DNA of 64,000 bases from positions 44,020,001 to 44,084,000 of the forward strand of contig OX597838.1 of assembly GCA_951406725.2 (NCBI GenBank), written 5' to 3'. The notes below the pieces were generated by a model. It had not been told where the DNA came from. It did no database searches and worked only from the letters and a program-made list of their open reading frames with translations. Within the stretch, counting starts at the first letter, position 1. Every line of letters starts with the position of its first letter. Made by a program: the position numbers and the translations under genes. Source of the stretch: Octopus vulgaris (lineage: Eukaryota). This document shows, piece by piece, positions 41,536 to 55,247 of the stretch.

Positions 41536-43797
41536 GTATGAGTAAATATAATGAGAAACACGTTAGGCAAGTCGATTTACACGGAATATTAAATACATTT
41601 AATAGAAAAAATGTACATGTGTTTGGATATAGAATAGTCCTAAGTACAGAATATAAATGATATCTGAAGTTAAATGTGTTGAGTTTTACGAGTTCAGCAA
41701 TTGATTCTGGGGGATTGCTGGTCCGGAATAACGATTGTTACTTAGATCCATTATCAGATAACAATGCTTCCGTCTTCAGGTGCGAATTTTACATTGGAGA
41801 ATTTTATAACTGAGTTGTTTACAGGATGTATTTTTTAAATGTAGTGATTTTGTGAAGAGCTAAGTATATTAGAAAGGGAAAGGGTGATTTAGGGAGTATG
41901 TGAGTGATGACCTTTTTGATAGTTTGTATTAGGCTATAGAGATAAATCTGAGATAGTGAAAAGGGCTTGTTATTAATTGGGGAAATGAGTTGACTGGTTC
42001 AGTAGTTAAGTGGTGTGAGGAAGTTTTCAAAAGTAGCTTTTAGTGGGACAAAAGAATTGGGTTGGTAGTTTTCAAAGTGGTGGGGCTTTGTTAAGTACTG
42101 TTTGAGGTTGGGTAGGGGGGGGGGGCTAAGAGGAAACTGGGAAGTGGTTGATTTGAAGATTTGGAAGAAATATCTGATGTGTGTATGGAAAGGAATAAGA
42201 TGGTGGGGTTAGTATTTCTTAAGTAATAGGTTGCAATACTGACTTTGTTTTCGATTAAGGTTTTTTGGGTATAGAAACTTATTGTGGGAATCTATAGATT
42301 TAGCGAAGTGCGTGAAAGTTGAGTAGTATCAGTGTTTACAAGAATATATATATATGTATACATGAAGTATAAGGAAAGGAAAAATTGTAGGTGCAGACGA
42401 ACTTTAATTCATAATCCAAGTTGGTACTGAACCAAAATGCATTCTACAAATTGTTTCGGAGTCTAATTAATTCCAAAGACAAAAACGAAAAACTCGTCAT
42501 GAAGTAAAAATTGGATTCTTCGTCAGGAATTACATACTGGTATGAATTATTACGACAAACAAAAATATACAAAGACCTTTCCCCAGACGGGAACGAATAA
42601 ATAATAATAGAATGAAAGATAACAAGAACGCCAGATATTCAAAACCAGAAAAAAGCCTCCAGTGTTCTATTAACATTACAATTCACGAAAAAAACAGATA
42701 AATTTAATGAAACAAAAATGAACCACAAAAATAATGGGGTTATCTTATCAAAAATTAAAAATTAATAGCTACAAACCGATATATTATCCACTAAAATGTA
42801 ATAAATGTCCTAATATACACTTAATAGTATGATGATATCAAACGAAAATAAAAACAAAAAGATAAAGAAAACAAGTAAAACGGAAGAACGGAGAAAGAGA
42901 AAGAGTAGTATCAGTGAAGGAGGAGGAGAGAAAATAGTTACACAGTGAAGGAGAAGCGGAGGAAGTAAAAGCCATGACTGAAAGAGTGAGAGAAAGTAAT
43001 GACCGTTTGAGAAAGAAGAACGCGGAGTCTATATGTTGTTCGCAACATATGAATAAGAAAGGAAGGGAGAACAAAGTAAAAAGACAGCCATTTAACTTTG
43101 TGTGAGTATATGTGTGTGCATGAAAAAGGGAGATATGTGAATAGTTGTGTGTGTATGCGTGTGCGGTTCACGTGCGAACATGTGTGTGTGTGTGAGTGCG
43201 TAATGGAAACGTACAATTCTGAAAATAGAAACTGACATCATTCCAATTCTGCTTGAACATGTGTATGTATGTGTGTTCTTGGGAAATACGTGAATGCCAC
43301 TGGTGGCTAGTTGGATTGAGCAAAAGAAGTAACGCTTTGTTGGGAATATTACATCACGCACTGTGCCTTTCTACTGCCGGACAAATAAAATAATAACGTT
43401 TATAAATACTCTTTGAAACAGCCTTTAGTCATCAATGCCTCCTTATTTGACGCCGAACCAGAGGTAGATTTGTGCAACACTTGAAAGCCCTTAGATTTTC
43501 GGAGTGACGTACGTGTAGCGGCTTTAATTTCATATCATCAGCAGCAATTCGTCCCTGTTTTAATACAGTTTTCCAAGCGAACTCACTGAAGATTTTCTTC
43601 ACCCCTTACTATAGGGTCAAGATTTAGAAAGGATTCTCTGTTTGATATCGAATTATTGTAACGTGAGTTATTTCCCTTGTGTTTTTCTTTTTGTCTTCTT
43701 TACAAGCGTCTCTCGTTTAAACGTTGCTCAAATAAGCAACTGAAAAACGGTCTTGCTTTCAGCTTGAAAAGTGGCGGAATAACCTATTATTTCGATC

Positions 43798-44076
43798 TAT
43801 GTGGACAACATCGCCGCAATGGTGTCTGACACCTCAGAAATCGAGGTGGTCAGCACATCATTGGAGGAATGTGAGAAGCTGACGAGAGCAAAACTTAACC
43901 TGGAAAAGTCGGTGGGCTTGCAACTCGGCACCTGGAGAGGCAAGTCCATGCCGTCCAACAGCGTCGTTGAGTGCTGGACGGACGGACGGGTAAAGTTGCT
44001 TGGGGTTTGGTTCGGACCAGACCTTCAGTTGGATAAAATTAGAGACGAGGTAACGAGTAGGCTAATCATTATCACT
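43798..44076 (+). pseudogene. Old, diverged fragment of the Tx1 RT family
   Basis: YVDNI (YADDV-like)...[43 protein letters not shown], matching E1-E5 ORF2. Confidence 0.85.
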
Positions 44077-44094
44077 CACACACACACACACATA

Positions 44095-45082
44095 TATGAG
44101 GTCTGATCAATAAATGTTTGGAGGTTGTCAGAATAACAAAGCTAAAGCACGCAGAGTAATGCCCCTTGGCACTACTTGACCTTGAACACTGCTGTGCATG
44201 AGCACTATATGTTAACGTTCTAGCTCACTTCCGCTGTTTACAGTGGTGCTTGGAAGGAAGGTGTGTAGCGTGTGATCGTCGCTTTGCCTCTGACAGAAAA
44301 GTTGTGATGGCGATACCTGCTTAGAGGCCCAAGCAAAGTTGCAGAATGTGTATGGAGAGGAGTGTATGAGCCGCACACAAGTGCACGAGTTGTTTAGACG
44401 TTTCCAAGATGGCCGAAATAGATGACGGACGCGATGTATACATTCGCCACCTCCGCTCAACCTTTCTGTGATAGCTTCCTCCCAGCCCATGGCTGAGTGA
44501 TACTGGTTACCCTACTCATTACCTCATCTCTAATTTTATCCAACTGAAAGTCTGGTCCGAACCAAAGCCCAAGCAACTTTACCCGTCCGTCCAGCACTCA
44601 ACGAACTGAGAAAAACATCGGAGATATGTGTGCAGCTGTGAGGGGAAATCGCCGAATCACCATCGGTGAGTTATCTGAGGATGTGCAGATTAGTTACGGT
44701 TCAGTTCATTATCACTGAAGATGAGACGCGTGTCTGCCAAGTTTGGGCCAAAACTACTTTCAGCTGACCACAAAGACGTTCGGGCTTTAGTTGCAGAAAC
44801 TCTCCTTAATTGTGTCGAGAACGATGAAAATATTTTGAAAACATTGGGTATACCTCTGAGCAGATATCGCCAAGCTGTTGGCAAAATTTGATGTAGATTC
44901 TCAGCTCAACATTCTCTGTTGTGGTTAATGCGACGATCACATGCTACACACGTTCCTTCTAAGCATTGCGGCAAACAGTAGAAGTGCGCCAGAACGTTAA
45001 AACTTAGTGCCCATGCAACTCAGGGTCTAAGGTCAATGTGTATCAAGCGGCTTCACTCTGCATTTTAGCTTCGTTACTATAG
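44095..45082 (+). mobile_element. Mariner-derived non-autonomous element with long (about 160 bp) inverted repeats and an inverted Tx1 insert
   Basis: TA-TGAGGTCTGATCAATAA end; 44125-44290 is inverted at 44925-45082; LQNVYGEECMSRTQVHELFRRFQDGR and RRITIGELSEDVQISYGSV transposase remnants. Confidence 0.75.
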
Positions 45083-45171
45083 ACATACATACATACATAC
45101 ATACATACATACATACATACATACATACATACATACATACATACATACATACATACATACACACACACATA

Positions 45172-45245
<74 letters not shown>

Positions 45246-45517
45246 ATTTGCTAAACTAAAATCAGAAACCAATTGGCTCAGGAAACTAGATAGTAAAAGT
45301 TTTTAGTTTTTCATTTCGTTCCTTTCGGAATTTTATCTCTGATTTTGTAGTTTTGGGACCTAGCTGTTCTTGCTAGCATGATGAATGCCATGAGTGGATT
45401 CCTTATGTGTTTAAATGCACACTGTATTTTATGAGTATATATTATATATATATATATATATATAAATATATAAGTACATAGATGGAGTTGAACGCAGATG
45501 CTATTCAAATTCTTTTA

Positions 45518-45598
45518 CTTTCGACATGTTTCGAAGACAACATTGGTTTTATTCCAAAGGAATAAACGGTGTAAAATGCAATCTTCTCAACAGGAAAG
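45518..45598 (-). ncRNA. Minimal type I hammerhead ribozyme-like motif (Penelope type), core variant A6U
   Basis: Minus strand CUUUC-CUGUUGA-GAAGA...UCUUC-GAAA-CAUG-UC-GAAAG. Confidence 0.55.
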
Positions 45599-45954
45599 AA
45601 AGAGAACCTATCTCAACAACAAGACATTATAACAATTTTGATGACTGCCTAAATGATAAACAGAATGCTATTAAGTATTAAAAAAAAACGTTTGTAGTTT
45701 CGACGTCAAAGGCAGACACTAGGAAGAGAAGGGTTAAAGAAATAATAAGTAGAGAACAAAAAAAGAGGGATCCATTGGTTGAAAAAATGTTCAAAGGCTT
45801 GGAAGTAGATTTCTCTATTGAAGTAAAGTGTAAGGTGAACTAAATGTTCAAACTATAAAGACTGGCGAAATCACTTATATGAGCCAAAGGTATGTTTCTG
45901 CCAGTGCTTACATTTGTAAGAGGTTCTATACTTTTATAGAATCTTTTCTACTCT

Positions 45955-46130
45955 TGGTACAAGGCCCGAAATTCTGGCGGAGGGGTCAGTCGATTTGGTC
46001 GATTCCAGTACGCAACTGGTACTTAATTTATCGACCCCGAAAGGATGAAAGGCAAAGTCGACCTCGGTGGAATTTGAACTCAGAACATAAAGACAGACGA
46101 AATAACGCTAAGCATTCTGCACGGCGTGCC
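45955..46130 (-). mobile_element. SINE, third family
   Basis: ACTGGTACTTAATTTATCGACCCCGAAAGGATGAAAGGCAAAGTCGACCTCGGTGGAATTTGAACTCAGAAC. Confidence 0.75.
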
Positions 46131-46755
46131 TTTCTATACTTTTGCAGAATGCAACTTTATTCTTAAACAAGAATATTGTAGACAGTAACTTCGAAGTTTC
46201 AGCCAGTTCATCCTCTCAACAATATTCTCGTTTAAAAACATATCCTATAAATACGTGTGTGTGTGTGTGTGTGTGCATATTTTGTATGTACGTATGTGTG
46301 TGTATATATATATATCTCTGGCGGCGCCCCAGCATGGCCACAGCTTGTGAGCTGAAACTAGATAAAAATTAAAAAAATATATATAATCACTATTATTTAT
46401 CAATTGGGTCGTCTATTGGAGGTTTTGTGTCTATCTTTGTCTCTCTATCTTTCAGTTTGTCTATCTAAATATCTCTTTGTTATTCCATCTCTTTGTCTCG
46501 CAACTTATCTATGAATCACAATATTACTTTCTCCATTCATTCTCTTTATGTACAGACAATTCCTTGGCGGATCTTCCTCTCTTTCAATAGATTTTCTAGT
46601 CTTTCTCCCTTTTGTCCTTCTTGTTCTCTTCTCACTTCCTCTTTCTTTTTCTTGCTGTCATCACTCTTAGGAAATGCTGTAACCATAAAAATGTTTTCGT
46701 TTCTCTCTCTCAGTCTCTGCCACTCTCAACATACGCACTATTGTGACTGTATGGG

Positions 46756-46807
<52 letters not shown>

Positions 46808-47114
46808 TTATACAGAAATAATCAGCCGAATAATTATATGAAAAAGAGCAAAATCACAGTGATGCTCCAACTTGACAGCAGCCGTATGGCTAAAACGATT
46901 AGAAGAAATAATGAAAGCATATATAAATACATATATATAACATACATCAATCACTGCTTGTCTGTATGTCTGTCTGTGTGTGTGTCTGTGCATCTGTGTG
47001 TGTGTGTCTATCAGTCTCTGTGACTGTATGTCAGCCTTTGTGTGTGTGTGTGTGTGTCCATACATATACACACATACAGAAAGAGAGAGAGAGAATAATA
47101 GATTTTCTCTCCAG

Positions 47115-47303
47115 GCGCAAAGCCCAAAATTTTGTAGGAGGGGGCCAATCGACCCCAGTACGCTACTGGTACCTAACCTATCGACCCCGAAAAGATGAAA
47201 GGCAAAGTTGACCTCCATTGAATTTGAACTCAGAACGTAAACGCAGACGAAATACCGCTAAGCATTTCACCCGGCGTGATAACGTTTCTGCCAGCTCGCC
47301 ACC
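47115..47303 (-). mobile_element. SINE, third family
   Basis: Same body as 12890 and 45955, with head GGTGGCGAGCTGGCAGAAACGTT on the minus strand. Confidence 0.75.
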
Positions 47304-48229
47304 TTAGTACAACTTAGTACAATAGATGTTCTGTCACTGAGTTGCGCCTTCGTTCCGCCTTCTTTTCATCCGTCGTGGTAACCTTGTATACAAGCATCCA
47401 TCTGTACGTCACTCGGTCCGCCCTACTTCATCTCTCCCTCTCTCTTTTCATCCATACATACATTGATCTATTAATGCACAACTTCTTTTTCTAATTATTT
47501 TTTCTTTGTCGTCATCATCATCATCCTAGTCCTCCTCCTCCTCCTCCTCCTCCTCCTCCTCATCATCATCATCATCAATTGTATTCCGTGCAGTGTCCTA
47601 CTCTTGTTGTCATTGTTTTTCTTTCTAGTTCTGTTGCTGTTTTTTTGTTTTTTTAACCCCAGGTCAGGGTTAGTGAGGCTCATCCCCTGCGACCACATCG
47701 TCACCGGTGTAGTTACCAGATACAATGCATCAAGGACTCCTTTATCAGACACCTCCTATACTTTTCTGGTGGTTTCATTTGTGGGAGGGAGATCCAACTG
47801 TCATACTCAGCAGGTTGAGCGACCATATATGGTGCTATTTCTTTGGCTACTTGATATTTAACGTTGCTCTTCTTGCTGTGGATTAGCTCCAAGTTAACCC
47901 TGATCCTACAAATCCATAACCACAGAGATCCTAGCCACAACAACCCCTACCATCGGCTCGAGTAGTGAAGGACTGGAATCCCCTTATCTAATATCTCTAT
48001 CTCTGTCCCTACATTTCTCACCTACTTTCTCTCTCTCTCTCTCTGTCTGACTTACCTTCCATCTCTCTCTCTCTCTTTCTCTCTCTTCTCACTCTCGTTC
48101 CACAATAATATTATTTGATTCTCTCTCTGAAAAATATCTGATGGCAAATTTCTTACATGTTTATCTAAGATGTAAGACTGGAAATCCTATTAGCAAATGA
48201 AAAGTGTAATGGTGGGTAATTATATCCAT

Positions 48230-48398
<169 letters not shown>

Positions 48399-48597
48399 GA
48401 CGGACCTGTTGTCACCTCGGCTCCGAAGGTAATCGTTTATTTTGACTATTTATAGCCCATATTTTGTGTACATTTTTGTAAATAAGGTGTGTAAGGCACC
48501 CAACTTTCGTTTGAGTGCTTTTCCAAGGGAGGAATTCGCCCCTAGGGGCAGTTTCACCCCTAAATATATTGTATATCTTTCTTCTCGACATTTTTTA

Positions 48598-50895
48598 ATG
48601 TCGAGAAATTTTATTGTAGAACGCTGGTCGCGTTCCTTTATGGACCAGCATTTTCCTAGAATTGAAACGCTAGGAGAAAAAAAGAACGTATGCACTACAA
48701 AGACAAACCTGAATGACGTGGTAGTGAACGCTGCAACCACTTGCAGTAACAGCCCTGTCACCACCACCACCACCACCACCACCACCACCACCACTAACAA
48801 CAACAACAACGAGACTACTGCTGCTACCACCACCACCTCCACCACCACCACGACCAACATAAATGATAAAAATGAAACTCACGCGAATACTATTAAGAAA
48901 AACAACAACAACAACAAGAACAACAATAAAAATGAACTTTCTAATAGTGAAGATGTTAATATAAAAGAATCAACAACACCAGTAAATTTCGCTGACACTC
49001 TGCGTCAGAAAAAAGAAATTGTAAAATTTACAAATGAAGAATTAATAGAAACTAGAGCTCTCTTTACAACCCGTGGGCAAGATTTAGTGCTGCATACACC
49101 TCAACACATAAAGGAACAAATAGAAAATAAGACAATTATATATAAAATTATAAAAAAAAACAAAAAACAAAATGAACAGATTACAAAAACGGACATAGAA
49201 AAGTGTTTAAAAAGCATAATGAAAAAAAAAGAATATATAAACTGGGGTCCCCAGTATAATACAGTGGTGGTCCGCTTCCCTAACCAGGAAGTGGCAAAAG
49301 CTCACTCTACGGAGTCTTTGCAAAATGACAAAATCATCATGGTACCATATTACAAAGGCCAGAGAGTGAGTAGAATTAGCATTAAAAATGTACCCCCCGA
49401 GATACCTAACAAATGGATAACAGGGGCAATCTGTTACTATTTGAAAAAGATAAATATATTAGAAACCGCCATGTACAAAAACGACAATTGGGGTGGTAAA
49501 CCAATAGTAGTGACGATCCAGATTGAGGGGGCCTCTATCGAGAAGCTACCTGATAGGATCCATTTAGAAAATGGGCAAAGCCTATATGTTGTAGCAGAAG
49601 GCAAAAAGCCTAGATGCTACAACTGTGGCAGCCCAGAACATTTGTTTGCCAAGTGCGCTCTGGCAAAGAAAAAACAAGAAAGAACAAATCAGAAAACAAA
49701 TAAAAAACCCTTGTTGCCAACACCATCTCCAACACCAACACACTCAATTATGGAACAATGCCGAGAAAAAAAACAAACCAGCAAACAAACCCCAACAACA
49801 TCACCAAGAAAAGAAACAGTACCAAGACAATCACCGTTGACGTCGCAACCAATTCAACATACTGAACCAACAAAAGATAGACCAACACCAACACCGAGGA
49901 CGACAATTAAAAATCGATAGAAGTGACCCTTCAAATCGATGGGTCTTCTATCGAGAACTTACATAATATCATATATTTGGAAAATGGGCAAAGCCTGTAT
50001 GTGGTAGCAGAAAGTAAAAAACTACAATGCTACAGCTGTGGCAGCCCAGATCACTTAATTGCAAAGTGCGTTCTGGGACAGAAAAAACAAGAAAAAACAA
50101 ATCAGAAAACAAATAAAAAACCTCTGCTACCAACCCCACCAAACCCACAACTGATACAAGAATTATATAAAAATATGGAACAACGCCAAGAACAACAACA
50201 AATTAGCAAACAAACCCCAACAACATCAGCAAGAAAAGAAACAGCACCAACACAATTACCGCTGACGTCGCAACCAAATAAAGAAGCAAAACCACAACCA
50301 ACATCAAAAGACAGACCAACAGCAGCACCAAGGACGACAACTAAGAAAACAGATAACAGTGACGACCACAACAACACAAACGCAGCACAAAACATCAACA
50401 ATTTCTACAAGCATACATATTAACGCAAATGCTTTGCCTTTACCCCCTTCTGATTCGTCGGACGACGAAAGTTCGACGGAATGGCAAATAGACACAAGGG
50501 GTAAAAGGAAAAGATCAAAAAAGCCCACCAAACAAGGAAGTAAAGCAGGGAGATATTTAACTCCGGAAAGCATCAAAAAATCAATGAACCCGCAAAACCA
50601 CACACACAACTAACTGCAATAGACACAGACAATAAAAAAATCAATGGATTACATTGCATCCAACACGAACATCTGTGAAGATGACTTTAAGACAAACAAT
50701 CATCCGCGCTCCACACTACCGAAACACATAAGAATTGTACACATAACACAAACACAACACCATACACTGAAAACTATATTTCCAAATGCGGTAGGCGGGT
50801 TTCAACGATACCTCTCCAAAAAACTATACAAACACCTCCTCAAAGACACCACAAAAAAAAGAAGAAAAAAATGAAACTTTCGAAATGAGTAAGTG
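48598..50895 (+). pseudogene. E4 ORF1: open 48598-49920, then a second copy of the knuckle region and the C-terminus
   Basis: CYNCGSPEHLFAKC followed by CYSCGSPDHLIAKC after the junction at about 49911. Confidence 0.85.
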
Positions 50896-50962
50896 ACCTT
50901 CCCTCTTGCCTCTTGTCTCTTTCAATGTAGTGTGTGAAACACAAAATTCATAAACGTCAATT

Positions 50963-53900
50963 ATGCTTAAATTAGGTTGTGTGAATGCGTGTGGCTTGGC
51001 GTCGGCTTGGAAGCAAGGTTACCTTCTAAACGACGTCAAGTCACTGAACGTGGATATAGTAGCTATCAGTGAAACCAGACTCAGCAAGCCGCGGGCACTC
51101 GCGTCCATGTTTGGCGATCATTTCGACATTCAATTTTCTCCCTGTCTGCCGAGCATGGGTGGTGGAGGTACCGCGGTGCTTTTTCGAAAGAGTCTAAATG
51201 TAAAAGTAAGAACAATATTGCTAGACAAGGAGGGTAGGCTGGTTGTCTTGGACGTGGATGGCAGAAATGGGTGTGCATTCCGTCTGATGGCAGTTTATGC
51301 ACCGTCCTTAACGGGTCGGGCGGATTTCTTCAGACGTCTAGATGTTTTCCTGGGTACGTCCAGACCTTTACTGTTAGTAGGGGATTGGAACGCTACCTTG
51401 GACAAGCATCTAGATTATGTGGGAATGGATAGGAATAGAAGGAGGTGTAAGTGCCTCAAAGACCTACTCAGACGTTTCTATTTGTCTGACAGGTTCCGAC
51501 TCGACCATTCGAACGTGCCAACGTAGACTTGGACAAACCGCGTCGGATCGTCGAGATCTTATCTAGATAGAATTCTATGCAGGACAGCGGATAGGGATAC
51601 TGTAGGATGTCCACAATTTAAAATAGTCAGCTACACAGATCACAAATTTGTGACGTGTACGCTCGACTTAGATAAGACATATAGACAGGGTCGGTTACTG
51701 GAAACTGAACACGTCGCTCTTAGCGCGATAGGTTTACAGGAACCGGATTAGCGAGTTAATTAAGAGGGCGCTGACGGGAGCCGTCGTTAACAACCGCTGG
51801 TGGTTCGCCCTGAAAATGGCAATAAAATCGGAATCAATTAAGTTTAGCAAGGAATTAGCGATAGATCGAAATAGAGTAGAGGGAGACCTGATTAAGAAAC
51901 TAGAAGAGGCACTTACCACTAGCAGCGCAACCAACGTGCTGGCTGCAAGGATGGCCCTCGACCAACACCTCAACGCCAAGCACGAAGGTTGCGTCGTCAG
52001 AGCTAAAATGTGTGCTTTAAGGAACGAAGGGATCGAAGCTGCGCGAGAGCCCCGGGTAGCGGAGGCGCAGCGTGGCAACAGGGCCACCATTCGGTCTCTA
52101 ATAGATCAACAGAGATGCAGTTTATTCGAACCCGAAAGGATGGGTGTGGCCTTTCAACAGCACTTTGCTCGACTGTTTGGTGCGAGTGGTGGGTCGGAAC
52201 GCGGGATGGATTTCAGTGCCTATCTGACTGACCTGCCGCGGCTCTCGGCAAGAGAAGCGGAGTGTTGTGAAAGTCCCATCACAGCCGCTGATGTGCGGGA
52301 TGCAATGGCGGGCTGCGCGAGGGATAAGTCGCCTGGATTGGATGGTCTACCCTACGAGCTGTATTGTCAAATGCCAGACTTGTTTGGCGACCTCTTGGCA
52401 TCAGTCTACTGCAACTGGCAACAAAACGGGAGAATCCCCGGTTTCGTGAGCCGAGGTGCAGTGACGTTGCTGAAGAAAGACCCAAACAAGGGAAATTTTA
52501 TAGATAATTTCAGGCCCATCACTCTGATCAACGCAGATTTGAAAATTTTGGCCAAAGTAACAGCCGAGAGGTTGGCGCTTGTCATTGGTAAACTGGTCGA
52601 CAGAACCATACATGACAACCTCCATCTGATGCGCTACATTGTGGACAGGGTAGTTAAGGATCCTGGCATGGGTGGGGCGCTGATCAATTTGGATCAGTCT
52701 AAAGCCTTCGATAGGGTAGACCATCGGTACTTGGCGGCCGTCCTCAGGGCGGTTGGCTTCGGACCCGTCTTCCGCGGTTGGATTGCTGCCTTGTATAGCG
52801 GCTTCCGATCGGTAATTCGGGTGAACGGTCACCTGTCGAAACCGTTTGACATTACGCGTTCGGTCCGTCAGGGGTGTCCCCTGTCGGCGCTTCTGTATGT
52901 ATTGACTCTCGAGCCGCTACTGCGGAAGCTGGCGACACTGAGGGGCATCCCACGGGAACTGGGTTGCGGGACGAGCGTGTCGGCATATGCGGACGATGTC
53001 ACCGTCATAGTGTCGAGCGACAAACTCATTCAGATGCTAGGCGAGACACTAAAAGAATACGAAACGGTTACGGGAGCGAAGATTAACCCGGAAAAGTCAG
53101 TGGGTTTGCTACTCGGCACCTGAAGAAGCAAGCCCATGCCGTCCGACTACGGCTCAGTAGTGGGACGCTGGACGGACGGACCGGTTAAATTGCTCGGGGT
53201 CTGGTTCAGTCCGGACCTCCAAATGGATAAGAACTGGGATGAGATCACGAGTAGAGTGGTCGCTCTCAGCCAAACATGGGCCGAGAGAAAGCTGTCTCTA
53301 AAAGGTCGGGCGGAGGTGGCGAACGCGTACAACGCATCTGTCTTCGATTACCGCCTGACCGCCGTGCCTTGTCCCGACGCCACCATCACCAAACTGGAGC
53401 GCATGCTCTTCCGCTTCCTGTGGAAGGGTGGCGTTCCGATGGTGAGGAAATCCATTTGCTGTCAACATCCGTTGAATGGAGGACTGGGCATACCGTGGTT
53501 GATGATGCGCAGGCATGCGCTGAGACTGCGACATCTCTGGAAATTCATCGATGACGGTGAACAGGTGTGGGCGCCGTTTGTGAGGGGCGCCTTCCCGCAG
53601 CTCGTCTCAGCGACCGAACTGCAAACGTTGATCAAGAAGAGACCGAAACTGGGCGATTGGCACCGAGAGTGTCGCCAAGCTCTACAGCAGCTCTGCCGAC
53701 CGGGGCCAAACTTGTGCAACTTACAAACGACTAAAGCGTTCTATAGAGGACTAGTGGAGGGGAGGTCCGACGACACACTCGGGGCAAACCTGGGCGTCGA
53801 CTAGAAATTCCTAACCCGCCTCAGGACGACGTTCGGGCCGGGGCCTATGGATAACTTCCAGAAATCCCTGGCATGGCAATGCTATCGAGACGCACTACCT

Positions 53901-54371
53901 GTTCGAGAGAAGAGCTACAGGCACGGTTCGAAAACCATCACCGGACCGACCTGCCCGAGATGCGGTCAGAGCGACGAAACCGTTCTGCACGCACTCGTGC
54001 AGTGTCCAGATATTTCAGAGCTGTGGACCTTCGTCGAACAGCTGTTGTCGCGTGTAGGGCGGGCCCGCTTATCGGCCGAGTCTATCGTGAATATTGTTCC
54101 ACCACCTTCCTTTAAACGGGAAGGGAAAACGGTTTTTGTTACACTGATGGCTATGGCGAAAGAATGTGTGTGGTGGACGCATTTGAAAGGACTGCAAACC
54201 AACACCTTCCTCTCTGGTCAGTCTCTCGTCAACTTTTTCAAGTACCACTTGAAAAGGAGGATGAGAATAGAGAGGAAGGCTTTGTCGAACGAATGTTTTA
54301 ATAAAAAGTGGGTAAAAGTGGCAAAAATGGTCAGTATGAAAGGCGACACTATTTTAAGCATAAATCTGTAA
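50963..54371 (+). pseudogene. E4 ORF2 (APE-RT-CCHC), disrupted
   Basis: Same motifs as E2; stops at 51526, 51731, 53123 and 53804. Confidence 0.95.
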
Positions 54372-54487
54372 CCAAAAGAGACAACGAGAAGTAAGGCGAC
54401 TTACTCATGTGTTCATTTTCGAATTGTCTGAGGTGACCTTGGTCTTTTTTGTAAGTTTTTCTTTCCAGGGCTACACCTAAACTGTGA

Positions 54488-54522
<35 letters not shown>

Positions 54523-54668
54523 CTTTTTTATACACCACACAACCCACAGATCCCTATTGATCAAACGTTTTTTTTGTGCCCCACCCATCCCACCTCGAAA
54601 AGAAAAAATTCTACATTGTATTTCGTCCATTTTTATTGTGTTTAGCCCTGTGTGGCTACAATAAAAAG

Positions 54669-54669
<1 letters not shown>

Positions 54670-54739
<70 letters not shown>

Positions 54740-54770
54740 CCTATCTATCTATCTATCTATCTATCTATCG

Positions 54771-54829
<59 letters not shown>
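54670..54829 (+). repeat. (TATC)n tract between E4 and E5
   Basis: Direct reading. Confidence 0.97.
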
Positions 54830-54830
<1 letters not shown>

Positions 54831-55247
54831 CTTTTGATAGTATTCGTTGACAGATCGACTCGTAAGTTAACTACTTATTTTATTGTGTTTCTCGAAAAGT
54901 TTCGTCGTAAATTTTGCACACGGAGTGTGTAAGACACCCAGCTGTCGTCTGGGTGTGTTTTCCGGAGGGGATTATGCCCCTAGGGGCATTTTCAGCCTCA
55001 AATATATTTCACAATTTTGGCTGCAATAACTTGTTTTATAACATAATGTCGGCGAAGCGTTTCTAGTAAATTACGAACGCTGTTCTCTTTCTTCTCGTTT
55101 GTATCCATTATTTACGTTCCACATTGTCGTAGTATTGTGACTTTCCAAACGCTCAACTTTCGTTTGAGCCTGTGTTAAATATAGAAATCGCCCATAAGGG
55201 CATTTTCAATCTATTTTTATTTTTTTCTCTTGAAACAAAAAATAATA

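Larger units (their letters stand above)
48399..54669 (+). mobile_element. Full-length chimeric Tx1-clade element E4 (5' module A, body beta, partial ORF1 duplication)
   Basis: 5'UTR matches E1; ORF2 and 3'UTR match E2; ends AGCCCTGTGTGGCTACAATAAAAAGT then TATC. Confidence 0.93.
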
